Shown: in pieces, positions 15,461 through 27,402 of the stretch
Layout of the letters: each line of letters opens with the position of its first letter
Numbering within the stretch: the stretch's first letter is position 1
Source of the DNA: Micrococcus luteus NCTC 2665
GTDB taxonomy: Bacteria > Actinomycetota > Actinomycetes > Actinomycetales > Micrococcaceae
Direction: 5' to 3'
NCBI RefSeq assembly: GCF_000023205.1
Contig: NC_012803.1
Location: forward strand, 1,560,001 to 1,592,000
Length of the DNA: 32,000 bases
Program-made: the position numbers and the translations under genes
The notes under the pieces: model-generated
Seen by the model: the letters and a program-made list of their open reading frames with translations, nothing else
Database searches by the model: none
Told to the model about the DNA's origin: nothing

Positions 15461-16132
15461 ATGGACACCATGACTCTCTTCACCACTTCCGCCACCCGCT
15501 CCCGCCGTGCCACCGCCTCGATCGTCGCGGGCATGACCCTCGCCGGCGCCGCCGCCGTGGGCTTCTCCGCCCCGGCCCAGGCCGCCACCGTGGACACCTG
15601 GGACCGCCTCGCCGAGTGCGAGTCCAACGGCACCTGGGACATCAACACCGGCAACGGCTTCTACGGCGGCGTGCAGTTCACCCTGTCCTCCTGGCAGGCC
15701 GTCGGCGGCGAAGGCTACCCGCACCAGGCCTCGAAGGCCGAGCAGATCAAGCGCGCCGAGATCCTCCAGGACCTGCAGGGCTGGGGCGCGTGGCCGCTGT
15801 GCTCGCAGAAGCTGGGCCTGACCCAGGCTGACGCGGACGCCGGTGACGTGGACGCCACCGAGGCCGCCCCGGTCGCCGTGGAGCGCACGGCCACCGTGCA
15901 GCGCCAGTCCGCCGCGGACGAGGCTGCCGCCGAGCAGGCCGCTGCCGCGGAGCAGGCCGTCGTCGCCGAGGCCGAGACCATCGTCGTCAAGTCCGGTGAC
16001 TCCCTCTGGACGCTCGCCAACGAGTACGAGGTGGAGGGTGGCTGGACCGCCCTCTACGAGGCCAACAAGGGCGCCGTCTCCGACGCCGCCGTGATCTACG
16101 TCGGCCAGGAGCTCGTCCTGCCGCAGGCCTGA
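15461..16132 (+). CDS. rpf: resuscitation-promoting factor: secreted Rpf (transglycosylase-like) domain, Ala/Glu-rich linker and C-terminal LysM domain
   Basis: 223 aa with GAGGA 7 nt upstream of the ATG. It has a signal peptide ending AQA|ATV and the Rpf-domain motifs WDRLAECESNGTW and GGVQFTLSSW. The LysM-like C-terminus reads VVKSGDSLWTLANEY...YVGQELVLP. From memory, the sequence matches the founding M. luteus Rpf. Confidence 0.95.
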   Translation: MDTMTLFTTSATRSRRATASIVAGMTLAGAAAVGFSAPAQAATVDTWDRLAECESNGTWDINTGNGFYGGVQFTLSSWQAVGGEGYPHQASKAEQIKRAEILQDLQGWGAWPLCSQKLGLTQADADAGDVDATEAAPVAVERTATVQRQSAADEAAAEQAAAAEQAVVAEAETIVVKSGDSLWTLANEYEVEGGWTALYEANKGAVSDAAVIYVGQELVLPQA

Positions 16133-16163
16133 GACGCCTGACCGGCCCCCCGGACCGGTACCA

Positions 16164-16204
16164 CACGAGGAAGGCCCCCGCCGTCGGCGGGGGCCTTCCT
16201 CGTG
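16164..16204. terminator. Bidirectional terminator between the convergent rpf and argR genes
   Basis: CACGAGGAAGGCCCCCGCC gtc GGCGGGGGCCTTCCTCGTG: a 19-bp perfect stem with a 3-nt loop. It lies 32 nt after the rpf stop and 43 nt after the argR stop. Confidence 0.8.
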
Positions 16205-16246
16205 CCTGGTGCCCGTCACCCGCGCAGGCGGGGCCGGACGGGTCGG

Positions 16247-16734
16247 TTAGCCCGCCAGACCCAGCAGGTGGGCCGCGACGGCCGGGGCGGACGTGGTCCC
16301 CGTGGTGATGAGAAGGATGGTGTCATCGCCGGCGATCGTGCCCATCACGTGCTCCACGCGCGCCTGGTCGATCACGCTGGCCAGGAACTGCGCCGCGCCC
16401 GGGGGCGTGCGCAGGACCACGAGGTTCGCGGTGGGCTCGGCGGAGACGAGCAGCTCGCGGGCCATGCTCGCCAGCCGATTCAGCTGCGCGTCCGAGCCGC
16501 GGCCCGGCACGGCGGCGTCGTCGCCCTCCGCCGGCAGGGCGTAGACCATGCCGGCCGGCCCGCGCCTCCGCACCGCGCCGAGGTCCACCAGGTCCCGCGA
16601 GAGCGTGCCCTGGGTGACGGACAGCCCGCGATCACCCAGGGCGTCCGAGAGTTCGGCCTGGGAGCGGATGCCCCGGGTGGCCAGGATCTCCCGGATCGCG
16701 GCCTGACGGGCGATCTTCGTCGTGGGGGCGGCCA

Positions 16735-16735
<1 letters not shown>
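16247..16735 (-). CDS. argR: arginine repressor
   Basis: 162 aa from ATG 16735 (the track ORF extends to 17005). It has an N-terminal winged-helix region (SQAELSDAL...[10 protein letters not shown]) and the C-terminal [12 protein letters not shown] motif. Its ATG overlaps the argF TGA by 1 nt. Confidence 0.9.
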
Positions 16736-18973
<2,238 letters not shown>

Positions 18974-18977
<4 letters not shown>

Positions 18978-19960
18978 GCGTCCCCCTCGGGGGTGGTCGG
19001 GGCGGTGGGCTCAGCGTCGGGCACCACCTGGGTGCCGACGCCCGCGGAGGTGAAGACCTCCAGCAGCATCGAGTGGGGGCGGCGGCCGTCCACGACGTGG
19101 GCGCGCTGCACGCCGGCGTCGACGGCCGCCAGGCACGCGGCCATCTTCGGGATCATCCCGGAGGCCAGGGAGGGCAGCAGCGCACGCAGCTGGGCGGCGG
19201 TGAGCGAGCTGATGAGGGAGTCGCGGTCCGGCCAGTCGGCGTAGAGGCCTTCGACGTCGGTGAGCAGCACGAGCTTCGCGGCGCCGAGGGCGGCGGCCAG
19301 GGCCGCGGCGGCGGTGTCCGCATTGACGTTGAGGACCTGCCCGGTGGGCTCGCCGTCGTCGTCGATCTCGGGGGCGACCGACGAGACCACGGGGATCCGC
19401 CCGGACTCGATCACGTCGAGGATCGCGGTCGGGTCGACTCCGGTGACCTCTCCCACGAGGCCGAGGTCCACCTCCTGCCCGTCCACGACGGCGCCCGTGC
19501 GGCGGGCGCGCAGCAGCCCCGCGTCCTCGCCGGAGAAGCCGACGGCATACGGGCCGTGGGAGTTCACGAGGCCGACCAGCTCGCGGCCCACCTGTCCCGT
19601 GAGCACCATGCGGACCACGTCCATGGCCTCCTCGGTGGTCACGCGCAGGCCGCCGCGGAACTCGGACGCGATGCCGAGGCGGTCGAGCATCGCGTTGATC
19701 TGCGGGCCGCCGCCGTGCACCACCACGGGGTGGACCCCCACGTGGTGCAGGAACACGATGTCCTCGGCGAACGCCCGGCGCAGCTCCTCCGACACCATGG
19801 CGTTGCCGCCGTACTTGACGACCATGACGGTGCCGGCGAACCGCCGGATCCAGGGCAGGGCCTCGACGAGGACCTCCGCCTTGGACTCGGCGCGGTCGAG
19901 CCGGTCCGCGGTGGACAGGACGGGTGCGGCCGCCGTGGCCGGGTCGGTGTGCGGGCTCAT
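18974..19960 (-). CDS. argB: acetylglutamate kinase
   Basis: 328 aa from ATG 19960 (the track ORF extends to 20491). It has the VVKYGGNAM motif and lies 11 nt after the argJ stop. Confidence 0.9.
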
Positions 19961-19971
19961 GCTGGGGGTCC

Positions 19972-22178
<2,207 letters not shown>

Positions 22179-22184
22179 CTAGCG

Positions 22185-22210
22185 TAGATATGCGTTGCAC
22201 GGAATATCTA
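22185..22210 (-). promoter_or_regulatory. Candidate ArgR operator upstream of argC
   Basis: AT-rich inverted repeat TAGATAT-N12-ATATCTA, 16-41 nt upstream of the argC ATG in the divergent argC/qor spacer. Minus-strand reading is GATATTCCGTgcaacGCATAT, sharing 16 fixed positions with the site at 14926-14950. Confidence 0.5.
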
Positions 22211-22270
22211 TGCGGTACCTCGGGTCCCCGGGCCGGGCCGGATGTCCGGGCCCGCTCCTAGAGTGGGGCC

Positions 22271-23272
22271 ATGACCACTGCGAACACCCCCGCCGTCCCC
22301 CGCACCCACCACGCCGTCGTCGTGTCCGCCACGGGCGGCCCCGAGGTCCTGCAGTGGACCGAGACGGAGGTGCCCTCCCCCGCGCCGGGGCACGTGCTGG
22401 TGCGCACCGCCGCGGCGGGCCTGAACTTCATCGAGACGTACCAGCGCTCCGGGGTCTACGCGATGGACCTGCCCTTCACCCCCGGCACCGAGGGCTCCGG
22501 CGAGGTCGTCGCGCTCGGCGAGGGCGTGGACGCCGCGCTCCTGGGGGCCCGTGTCGCCACCGCGACGGCCACCGGTGCGTACGCCGAGCACTTCACCGCC
22601 CCCGCGGATCGTCTCCTCGCCGTCCCGGAGGGCGTCGACCTGGCCGAGGCCGCCGCCCTTCCGCTGCAGGGCATGACGGCCCACTACCTCTGCCGGTCCA
22701 CCTTCCCGGTGGAGGAGGGCCACACGGTGGTCGTGACGGCCGGTGCCGGCGGCGTGGGGCTCCTGCTCACCCAGCTCGCGACGGCCCGCGGCGCCCGCGT
22801 GATCACCACGGCGTCCACGGAGGAGAAGCGGGAGCTGTCCCGGGGCGCGGGCGCCGCCGCCGCGGTGGACTATCCGGACCTCGCCGCCACGGTGGCGGAG
22901 CTGACCGACGGCGAGGGCGCGCACGTCGTGTACGACGGCGTGGGGAAGGACACCTTCGACACCTCGCTCGAGGTGCTGCGCGTGCGCGGCACGCTCGTGC
23001 TCTTCGGCGGGGCCTCCGGGCAGGTGCCCCCCTTCGACCTGCAGCGGCTCAACGCGGCCGGCGCGCTGTACGTCACCCGGCCCTCGCTGGTGCACTACAC
23101 GCGCACGGGCGAGGAGACCCGCTGGCGTGGTGGAGAGGTGTTCGGGGCGTGGGCCTCCGGTGAGCTCGACGTACGGATCGGCGAGCGCTTCCCGCTGGCG
23201 GACGCGGCCGCCGCGCACGCCGCCCTGGAGTCCCGGTCGACGACGGGCAAGGTGCTGCTCACCCTGTCCTGA
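22271..23272 (+). CDS. qor: NADPH:quinone oxidoreductase (zinc-independent MDR superfamily)
   Basis: 333 aa. It has the GLNFIETYQRSGVY and PFTPGTEGSGEV pattern, the cofactor loop VTAGAGGVGLLL, and a C-terminal TTGKVLL. Confidence 0.85.
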   Translation: MTTANTPAVPRTHHAVVVSATGGPEVLQWTETEVPSPAPGHVLVRTAAAGLNFIETYQRSGVYAMDLPFTPGTEGSGEVVALGEGVDAALLGARVATATATGAYAEHFTAPADRLLAVPEGVDLAEAAALPLQGMTAHYLCRSTFPVEEGHTVVVTAGAGGVGLLLTQLATARGARVITTASTEEKRELSRGAGAAAAVDYPDLAATVAELTDGEGAHVVYDGVGKDTFDTSLEVLRVRGTLVLFGGASGQVPPFDLQRLNAAGALYVTRPSLVHYTRTGEETRWRGGEVFGAWASGELDVRIGERFPLADAAAAHAALESRSTTGKVLLTLS

Positions 23273-23299
23273 GCCGGACCCGCCCGGTGCCTTCCGGGC

Positions 23300-23323
23300 G
23301 CCCCGCGCGGCCGCGGGCGGGGC
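23300..23323 (+). terminator. GC hairpin after qor (possible terminator)
   Basis: GCCCCGC pairs with GCGGGGC, plus 2 further bp around a GCCG loop. There is no T tract. Confidence 0.3.
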
Positions 23324-23324
23324 A

Positions 23325-23330
23325 TAGAAT
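23325..23330 (+). promoter_or_regulatory. Possible -10 box TAGAAT for the pls-like gene
   Basis: This is the only AT-rich hexamer in the qor-pls spacer, 65 nt upstream of GTG 23395. I found no convincing -35 box. Confidence 0.25.
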
Positions 23331-23394
23331 GTTCCGCTGCGGCCTGGTCCGTGTCCGACCCTCGGTTCGCCGCTCACACCCCCCGGAGGCCCCT

Positions 23395-26300
23395 GTGTCC
23401 CTTTCGTCCGCCGCGCCCACCCCGCCCTCTGTCCCCCTCGACCCTGCGGGCGCACCGCATCGGCCGCAGCTGCCCGGCTCCGAGCGCACCCCGCCCGCCC
23501 GGACGCTCGTGGAGCTCTTCGACGCCACGGCGCGCGAGCACCCGGACGCGACCGCCCTGGACGACGGCGTCGAGCCGCTGACGTACGCGGAGCTGCGGGA
23601 GCGGGTCGACGAGACCGCCCGCCACCTGTGGGCCGCCGGCGTGCGGAAGGGAGACCGGGTCGGCGTGCGGATCGCCTCGGGCACGGCCGCGCTGTACGTC
23701 TCGATCCTCGGCGTGCTCGCCGCCGGCGCGGCCTACGTCCCCGTGGACGCGGACGATCCGGAGGAGCGCGCCCGTCTCGTGTTCGGCGAGGCGAAGGTGG
23801 CCGGCGTCCTCACCGACGAGCGGGTCTACGCCCCGCACCCCGAGCACACCGTGGACCCGGCCGCCGAGGCCCGCGCCCCCGGGCTCGAGGACGACGCGTG
23901 GATCATCTTCACCTCGGGCTCGACGGGCACCCCCAAGGGCGTGGCGGTGAGCCACCGCTCGGCCGCGGCCTTCGTGGACGCCGAGGCGCGGATCTTCCTG
24001 GCGGACGATCCGCTCGCCCCGGGCGACCGCGTGCTGGCGGGACTGTCCGTCGCGTTCGACGCCTCGTGCGAGGAGATGTGGCTCGCCTGGCGTCACGGTG
24101 CGTGCCTGGTCCCGGCCCCCCGCTCGCTCGTGCGCTCCGGCATGGACCTCGGCCCGTGGCTCGCCGAGCGGCGCATCACCGCCGTGTCCACCGTGCCGAC
24201 CCTCGCTGCGATGTGGCCCACCGAGGCCATGGACAACGTCCGGCTGCTGATCTTCGGCGGCGAGGCCTGCCCTCCCGAGCTCGCCGCGCGCCTGGCGGAG
24301 GACGGCCGCGAGGTCTGGAACACCTACGGCCCCACGGAGGCCACCGTCGTCGCGTGCGCGGCCCCGCTCACCGGTCTCGGCCCGGTCCGCATCGGCCTGC
24401 CCCTGGACGGCTGGGACCTGGCCGTCGTCGACCCGCAGACCACGCTGCCCGTGGCCGAGGGCGAGACGGGCGAGCTGATCATCGGCGGCGTCGGCCTGGC
24501 CCGCTACCTCGATCCGGCCAAGGACGCCGAGAAGTACGCCCCCATGCCCTCCCTCGGCTGGGAGCGCGCCTACCGCTCCGGCGACCTCGTGGTCTTCGAG
24601 CCGGAGGGCCTGCTGTTCGTCGGCCGCGCCGACGACCAGGTGAAGCTCGGCGGCCGGCGCATCGAGCTCGGCGAGGTGGACGCGGCCCTCCAGGCCCTGC
24701 CCGGCGTCCACGGCGGCGCCGCGGCCGTGCAGACCACCCCGGCGGGCCACCAGATCCTCGTCGGCTACCTCGTGCCCGCGGACCCCGAGGCCGGGCTCGA
24801 CCTGCACATGGCCCGCGAGCACCTCGCGGCGGAGCTGCCGGCCGCCCTCGTGCCCCGGCTGGCCGTCGTGGACGCCCTGCCCACGAAGACCTCCGGCAAG
24901 GTGGACCGCCACGCGCTGCCGTGGCCCCTGCCCGGCGCCGAGGTGGACGAGGACGCGCCCCAGCCGGACGAGGACACCGCCGACGGCTGGGTGCTGCGCC
25001 AGTGGGCGGACGTGCTCGGCGCGCCCCCCAAGGACGCCGACACCGACTTCTTCGAGGCCGGCGGCGGCTCGCTCGCCGCGGCCCAGCTCGTGGCCCGCCT
25101 GCGCCTGCGCCACCCGGCCGTGACCGTCCAGGACGTCTACCGCAACCCCACTGCCGGGGCCCTCGTGGCCGCCGTCGTGGGCGAGGACGGCCCCCGCGGC
25201 ATCGAGGTGCACGACCGGCACGTCGACCGCACCCGCCACCGCACCCAGTGGGTCCAGACCCTCGTGGGGCTGCCCGTGTTCGTCCTGCCCGCCCTGCGCC
25301 TGGGCGTGTGGACCGGCCTGGCCCTGAACCTGCTGACGCTCTCCGGGCTGGCGCCCGGGCTGCCCACCGTGCCGTGGTGGGTGCTGATCGTGGCCGGCCT
25401 GCTGGTGGTCACCGTGCCCGGCCGCATGCTGCTCACCGCCGCGACGGCCCGGCTGCTGCTGCGCGGCGTGAGCCCCGGGTCCTACCCGCGCGGCGGCCGC
25501 GTCCACCTGCGCCTGTGGCTCGCCCAGCAGATCAGCGACCTCGTGGACCCCTACTCGCTGGCCGGCGCCACGTGGGTGCCCGCCTACGCGCGACTGCTGG
25601 GCAACCGGATCGGCAAGGACGTGGACATGCACACCGTGCCACCGGTCACCGGCATGCTCACGGTCGAGGAGGGCGCCGCGATCGAGCCCGAGGTGGACCT
25701 GTCCGGCTACTGGGTCGACGGCGACGTCGTCCGGCTCGGCGAGGTGCGCATCGGCGCGGACGCCGTCGTGGGCGCCCGCTCCACGCTCCTGCCGGGCGCC
25801 CGGGTCGGCGCCGGGGCGCACGTCGAGGCCGGGTCCACCGTCGCCGGGTGGGTGCGCGGCGGCCAGCGCCACGCCGGCTCCCCCGCCGTCAAGGTGGGCA
25901 AGGTGAAGCCCCGCGGCCCCGCCGAGGCGCCGCGGGAGACCCCGGGCTGGCGCCTGATGGCGACCGTCCTCTCGACCCTCGTCTCCCTCCTGCCGCTCGT
26001 CTCCGCCGCCGCGGCGGCCGCGGTGGCCGCGTGGTCGCTGACCTGGTGGCCGCCGGCCCCGGAGGCGGGACCGCTGGCCGCCGTCGGGACCACCGCGGCG
26101 CGCCTGCTGGCCGCGAGCCCCCTGGTGGCCGGCGTGTGGTTCCTGACCCAGATGCTGCTCGTGCTCGTCACGGTGCGCCTGCTCGCGCTCGGCATCACGG
26201 AGGGGCACCACCCCGTGCGCTCCCGGGTCGGCTGGCAGGTGTGGGCCACCGAGCGCGTCCTCGACGCCGCCCGCGACCAGCTCTTCCCGATCTACGCCTC

Positions 26301-27402
26301 CCGCTTCACGCCGACGTGGCTGCGCCTGCTCGGCGCCGAGGTGGGCCGCGGCGTCGAGGCCTCCACCGTGGTGCTCGTGCCGAGCATGACCCGCGTGGGC
26401 GACGGCGCGTTCCTCGCCGACGACACGATGGTCTCCTCCTACTCCCTCGACGGCGGGTGGATGCACGTGGCCCCCGCGAAGGTCGGCAAGCGCTCGTTCG
26501 TGGGCAACTCCGGCATGGTGCCCGGTGGCCGCACGCTGCGCCGCGACTCGCTCGTGGCGGTGCTGTCCACCACCCCGGCCAAGACCAAGGCGGGCACGTC
26601 CTGGATGGGCTCCCCACCCGTGCGCCTGCGCCGCAACGAGGTCACCGCGGACGCCTCCCTCACCTACGACCCGCCGGCCCGGCTCAAGGCCGCCCGCACC
26701 GCCTGGGAGCTGCTGCGCGCGATCCCGGTGTGGCTGCACGTGGCCCTGTCCCTCGCCGTCGGCGCGACGCTGGCCGCCCTCATCGCGGTCGGCACGTGGG
26801 TGCTGGCCTTCGTCCTGGGCGGCGTCGTCCTGCTCGCGGCCGGCGCGGTCGCGGCGGGCCTGACCGTGCTCGCCAAGTGGGTCTTCGTGGGCCGGATCCG
26901 CGCGGGCGAGCACCCGCTGTGGTCCTCGTTCATCTGGCGCAACGAGGTCGCGGACACCTTCACCGAGTTCCTCGCCGCCCCGTGGTTCACCCGGGCCGCG
27001 GCCGGCACCCCCGCCCTGGTCTGGTTCCTGCGCGCGATGGGCGCCCGGATCGGCCACGGGGCCTGGGTCGAGTCGTACTGGCTGCCCGAGGCCGACCTCG
27101 TGGAGCTCGGCGACGGCGCCACCGTGAACCGCGGCTGCGTCGTCCAGACCCACCTGTTCCACGACCGCGTGATGTCCCTGGACGCCGTCGTCCTGGAGGA
27201 CGGCGCCACCCTCGGCCCCCACTCCGTGGTGCTGCCTGCCGCTCGCCTGGGCCGCGGCACCACCGTCGGCGCCGGGTCCCTCGTGATGCGCGGCGAGGAG
27301 CTGCCCGCCGGCACGTGGTGGCTCGGCAACCCGGTCTCCCCGTGGCGTCGTCCCGACGGCGACCCCGCCGCCGCGACCACCCCCTCCCGAGAGGAAGCAT
27401 GA
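23395..27402 (+). CDS. Pls-type membrane-embedded single-module NRPS (homopoly(amino acid) synthetase-like): A-T-TM1/2-C1-TM3/4-C2-TM5/6-C3
   Basis: 1335 aa from GTG 23395, with GGAGG at 23385-23389 (the track ORF starts at 23287). Adenylation motifs are IIFTSGSTGTPKG, FDAS, NTYGPTE, YRSGDL, GRADDQVKLGGRRIELGEV and TSGKVDR. The carrier motif is FFEAGGGSLAAAQL. Three paralogous ~140-aa soluble domains follow, each preceded by two long hydrophobic stretches. There is no HHxxxDG condensation motif and no thioesterase motif. Confidence 0.88.
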   Translation: MSLSSAAPTPPSVPLDPAGAPHRPQLPGSERTPPARTLVELFDATAREHPDATALDDGVEPLTYAELRERVDETARHLWAAGVRKGDRVGVRIASGTAALYVSILGVLAAGAAYVPVDADDPEERARLVFGEAKVAGVLTDERVYAPHPEHTVDPAAEARAPGLEDDAWIIFTSGSTGTPKGVAVSHRSAAAFVDAEARIFLADDPLAPGDRVLAGLSVAFDASCEEMWLAWRHGACLVPAPRSLVRSGMDLGPWLAERRITAVSTVPTLAAMWPTEAMDNVRLLIFGGEACPPELAARLAEDGREVWNTYGPTEATVVACAAPLTGLGPVRIGLPLDGWDLAVVDPQTTLPVAEGETGELIIGGVGLARYLDPAKDAEKYAPMPSLGWERAYRSGDLVVFEPEGLLFVGRADDQVKLGGRRIELGEVDAALQALPGVHGGAAAVQTTPAGHQILVGYLVPADPEAGLDLHMAREHLAAELPAALVPRLAVVDALPTKTSGKVDRHALPWPLPGAEVDEDAPQPDEDTADGWVLRQWADVLGAPPKDADTDFFEAGGGSLAAAQLVARLRLRHPAVTVQDVYRNPTAGALVAAVVGEDGPRGIEVHDRHVDRTRHRTQWVQTLVGLPVFVLPALRLGVWTGLALNLLTLSGLAPGLPTVPWWVLIVAGLLVVTVPGRMLLTAATARLLLRGVSPGSYPRGGRVHLRLWLAQQISDLVDPYSLAGATWVPAYARLLGNRIGKDVDMHTVPPVTGMLTVEEGAAIEPEVDLSGYWVDGDVVRLGEVRIGADAVVGARSTLLPGARVGAGAHVEAGSTVAGWVRGGQRHAGSPAVKVGKVKPRGPAEAPRETPGWRLMATVLSTLVSLLPLVSAAAAAAVAAWSLTWWPPAPEAGPLAAVGTTAARLLAASPLVAGVWFLTQMLLVLVTVRLLALGITEGHHPVRSRVGWQVWATERVLDAARDQLFPIYASRFTPTWLRLLGAEVGRGVEASTVVLVPSMTRVGDGAFLADDTMVSSYSLDGGWMHVAPAKVGKRSFVGNSGMVPGGRTLRRDSLVAVLSTTPAKTKAGTSWMGSPPVRLRRNEVTADASLTYDPPARLKAARTAWELLRAIPVWLHVALSLAVGATLAALIAVGTWVLAFVLGGVVLLAAGAVAAGLTVLAKWVFVGRIRAGEHPLWSSFIWRNEVADTFTEFLAAPWFTRAAAGTPALVWFLRAMGARIGHGAWVESYWLPEADLVELGDGATVNRGCVVQTHLFHDRVMSLDAVVLEDGATLGPHSVVLPAARLGRGTTVGAGSLVMRGEELPAGTWWLGNPVSPWRRPDGDPAAATTPSREEA
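23500..24921 (+). other. Adenylation domain of the pls-like synthetase
   Basis: Core motifs A3 through A10 occur in order (aa 72-545 of the track protein). Confidence 0.85.
24973..25182 (+). other. Thiolation (PCP) domain; phosphopantetheine Ser at 25069-25071
   Basis: DFFEAGGGSLAAAQLVARLR. The Ser of GGGS is the expected attachment site. Confidence 0.85.
25489..25911 (+). other. C-terminal tandem domain C1 (left-handed beta-helix / acetyltransferase-like)
   Basis: WVPAYARLLGNRIGKDV, followed by hexapeptide-like repeats (VRIGADAVVGARSTLLPGARVGAGAHVEAGSTV). Confidence 0.7.
26224..26634 (+). other. C-terminal tandem domain C2
   Basis: TPTWLRLLGAEVGRGV, followed by hexapeptide-like repeats (VGDGAFLADDT..VGKRSFVGNSGMVPGG). 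It is paralogous to C1 and C3. Confidence 0.7.
26899..27345 (+). other. C-terminal tandem domain C3
   Basis: ALVWFLRAMGARIGHGAW, followed by hexapeptide-like repeats (LGDGATVNRGCVV..LEDGATLGPHSVVLPAARLGRGTTVGAGSLV). Confidence 0.7.

Noticed and set aside
15203-16219. 338-aa minus-strand ORF, and the 144-aa plus-strand ORF at 15397-15831
   Set aside because: Both overlap rpf, whose product I recognise with signal peptide, Rpf and LysM motifs. The alternatives are Gly/Arg-rich shadow ORFs.
23287-23394. Longer N-terminus for the pls-like protein (track start 23287)
   Set aside because: The extension is Arg-rich and has no RBS. GTG 23395 has GGAGG 6 nt upstream and gives a length (1335 aa) close to known Pls enzymes. 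This is not proven.
22195-23455. 322-aa plus-strand and 415-aa minus-strand ORFs overlapping qor
   Set aside because: Only the 22271-23272 frame shows MDR/quinone oxidoreductase motifs. The others are Arg/Gly-rich shadows.
23374-27222. 1282-aa minus-strand ORF
   Set aside because: It is antisense to the pls-like gene. It is rich in Gly, Arg, Asp and His and has no domain motifs.
23628-27398. First ~1257 aa of the 1703-aa plus-strand ORF (23628-28739)
   Set aside because: This is an out-of-frame read-through of the pls-like gene with Arg/Pro/Gly-rich nonsense. Only the last 446 codons, from ATG 27399, form the M1 peptidase.
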